A DNA stretch of 64,000 nucleotides from Octopus sinensis (taxonomy: Eukaryota). The position numbers were made by a program, and so were the translations under genes. Below are positions 63,083 through 64,000 of this stretch, piece by piece. The stretch is taken from the NCBI RefSeq assembly GCF_006345805.1, contig NC_042999.1:8494001-8558000 (forward strand), written 5' to 3'. The notes beneath the pieces are model-generated. The model made no database searches, was not told where the DNA came from, and worked only from the letters and a program-made list of their open reading frames with translations. Numbering within the stretch: the stretch's first letter is position 1; every line of letters begins with the position of its first letter.

Positions 63083-63108
63083 TATATATCTATATATATA
63101 ATATATAA

Positions 63109-63158
<50 letters not shown>

Positions 63159-64000
63159 TATCTGGTGTGTGTGTGAGGGCATATTTATATATATATATAT
63201 ATATACATAGACACACATATATATACATGCATATGCGTGCATTTATACACACACACACACACACACACATATACATACACACACACACACATATATATAT
63301 ATATAAATACATGTATATCTGGTGTGTGTGTGTGAGTGAATATAGATGTGTATACATACACATATATATGTATGTTTATACGCACTGGCATGTATATACT
63401 TGATGTGTGTGTAAGCCTGTGCATAGACGTATGCATAACAAATGAGTCTGACCAGTCAATGGATGATTCTCAGAGCAAAAGACTAAAAAAAACTAATATT
63501 CTACGAGATGTTCACTACTTGAGATTGTCATTTGTACGACTTTGTCAGCATCAAGTTGACTAAAACAGAAAATAAAGCATGAAATAAGATATTTATAAAT
63601 ACCAAGAATTTATTATGTAGTTTCACAACATCTATTATTAATAAGTTTTTTTTACCGAATAACAAGTGACATTATGCTGTTGACCGGTGGGAGGCTGAAT
63701 CTGGCATATGATGCTATCATCCGTTTGTGGAGAGTCGACTACTTCTGTTATTTTGAGAATTCCAACTAATTTATTTGTCTGTATTTTAGAATTGTTTTCT
63801 TTGCTCGTTGTGACTTATCAAGAAAATAATAATAATAATAATAATAATAAAGAAAGAGGGAGAGAATGAAGTAAGATAGAAGGAAAGAAGGAATGGAAGA
63901 AGACAAGTTTTGTATTTTAATGCAACATGGTTTCATGAAGCGATGCCACGGGGGATTTAGTTTTTTTATGAATATCATCAGAAATACATCCAAAAATTGC

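Noticed and set aside
63656-63744. 89-nt minus-strand exon candidate (EVVDSPQTDDSIICQIQPP...)
   Set aside because: Weak acceptor and no homology that I can recognise.

Overview
Repeat-rich, AT-rich eukaryotic DNA, most consistent with a coleoid cephalopod (Octopus-like); this is inferred from the SINE/LINE repertoire and the very dense AT, AAT, GAT and TCTA microsatellites. Nearly all ORFs in the supplied track are artefacts of simple repeats. One well-supported minus-strand exon (18343-18420) encodes the C-terminal helix of a calponin-homology (CH) domain, so much of the window is probably intron. The window holds a near-complete DD34D mariner, a DD37D (maT) relic, a Ty3/Gypsy pol relic, RTE-clade and R4/Dong-clade LINE fragments, several tRNA-derived SINE families, a non-autonomous Helitron, MITEs/fold-backs and a 7.1-kb 26-bp minisatellite grown from a retroelement's internal repeat. 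The most striking signal is a set of type I hammerhead-ribozyme (HHR) motifs from several unrelated sequence families. One is fused to a tRNA-like Pol III head inside a single 14-bp target-site duplication (10410-10660), one has an extended fold (33624-33703), and several occur as inverted pairs. All structures were read by eye and none is experimentally tested.
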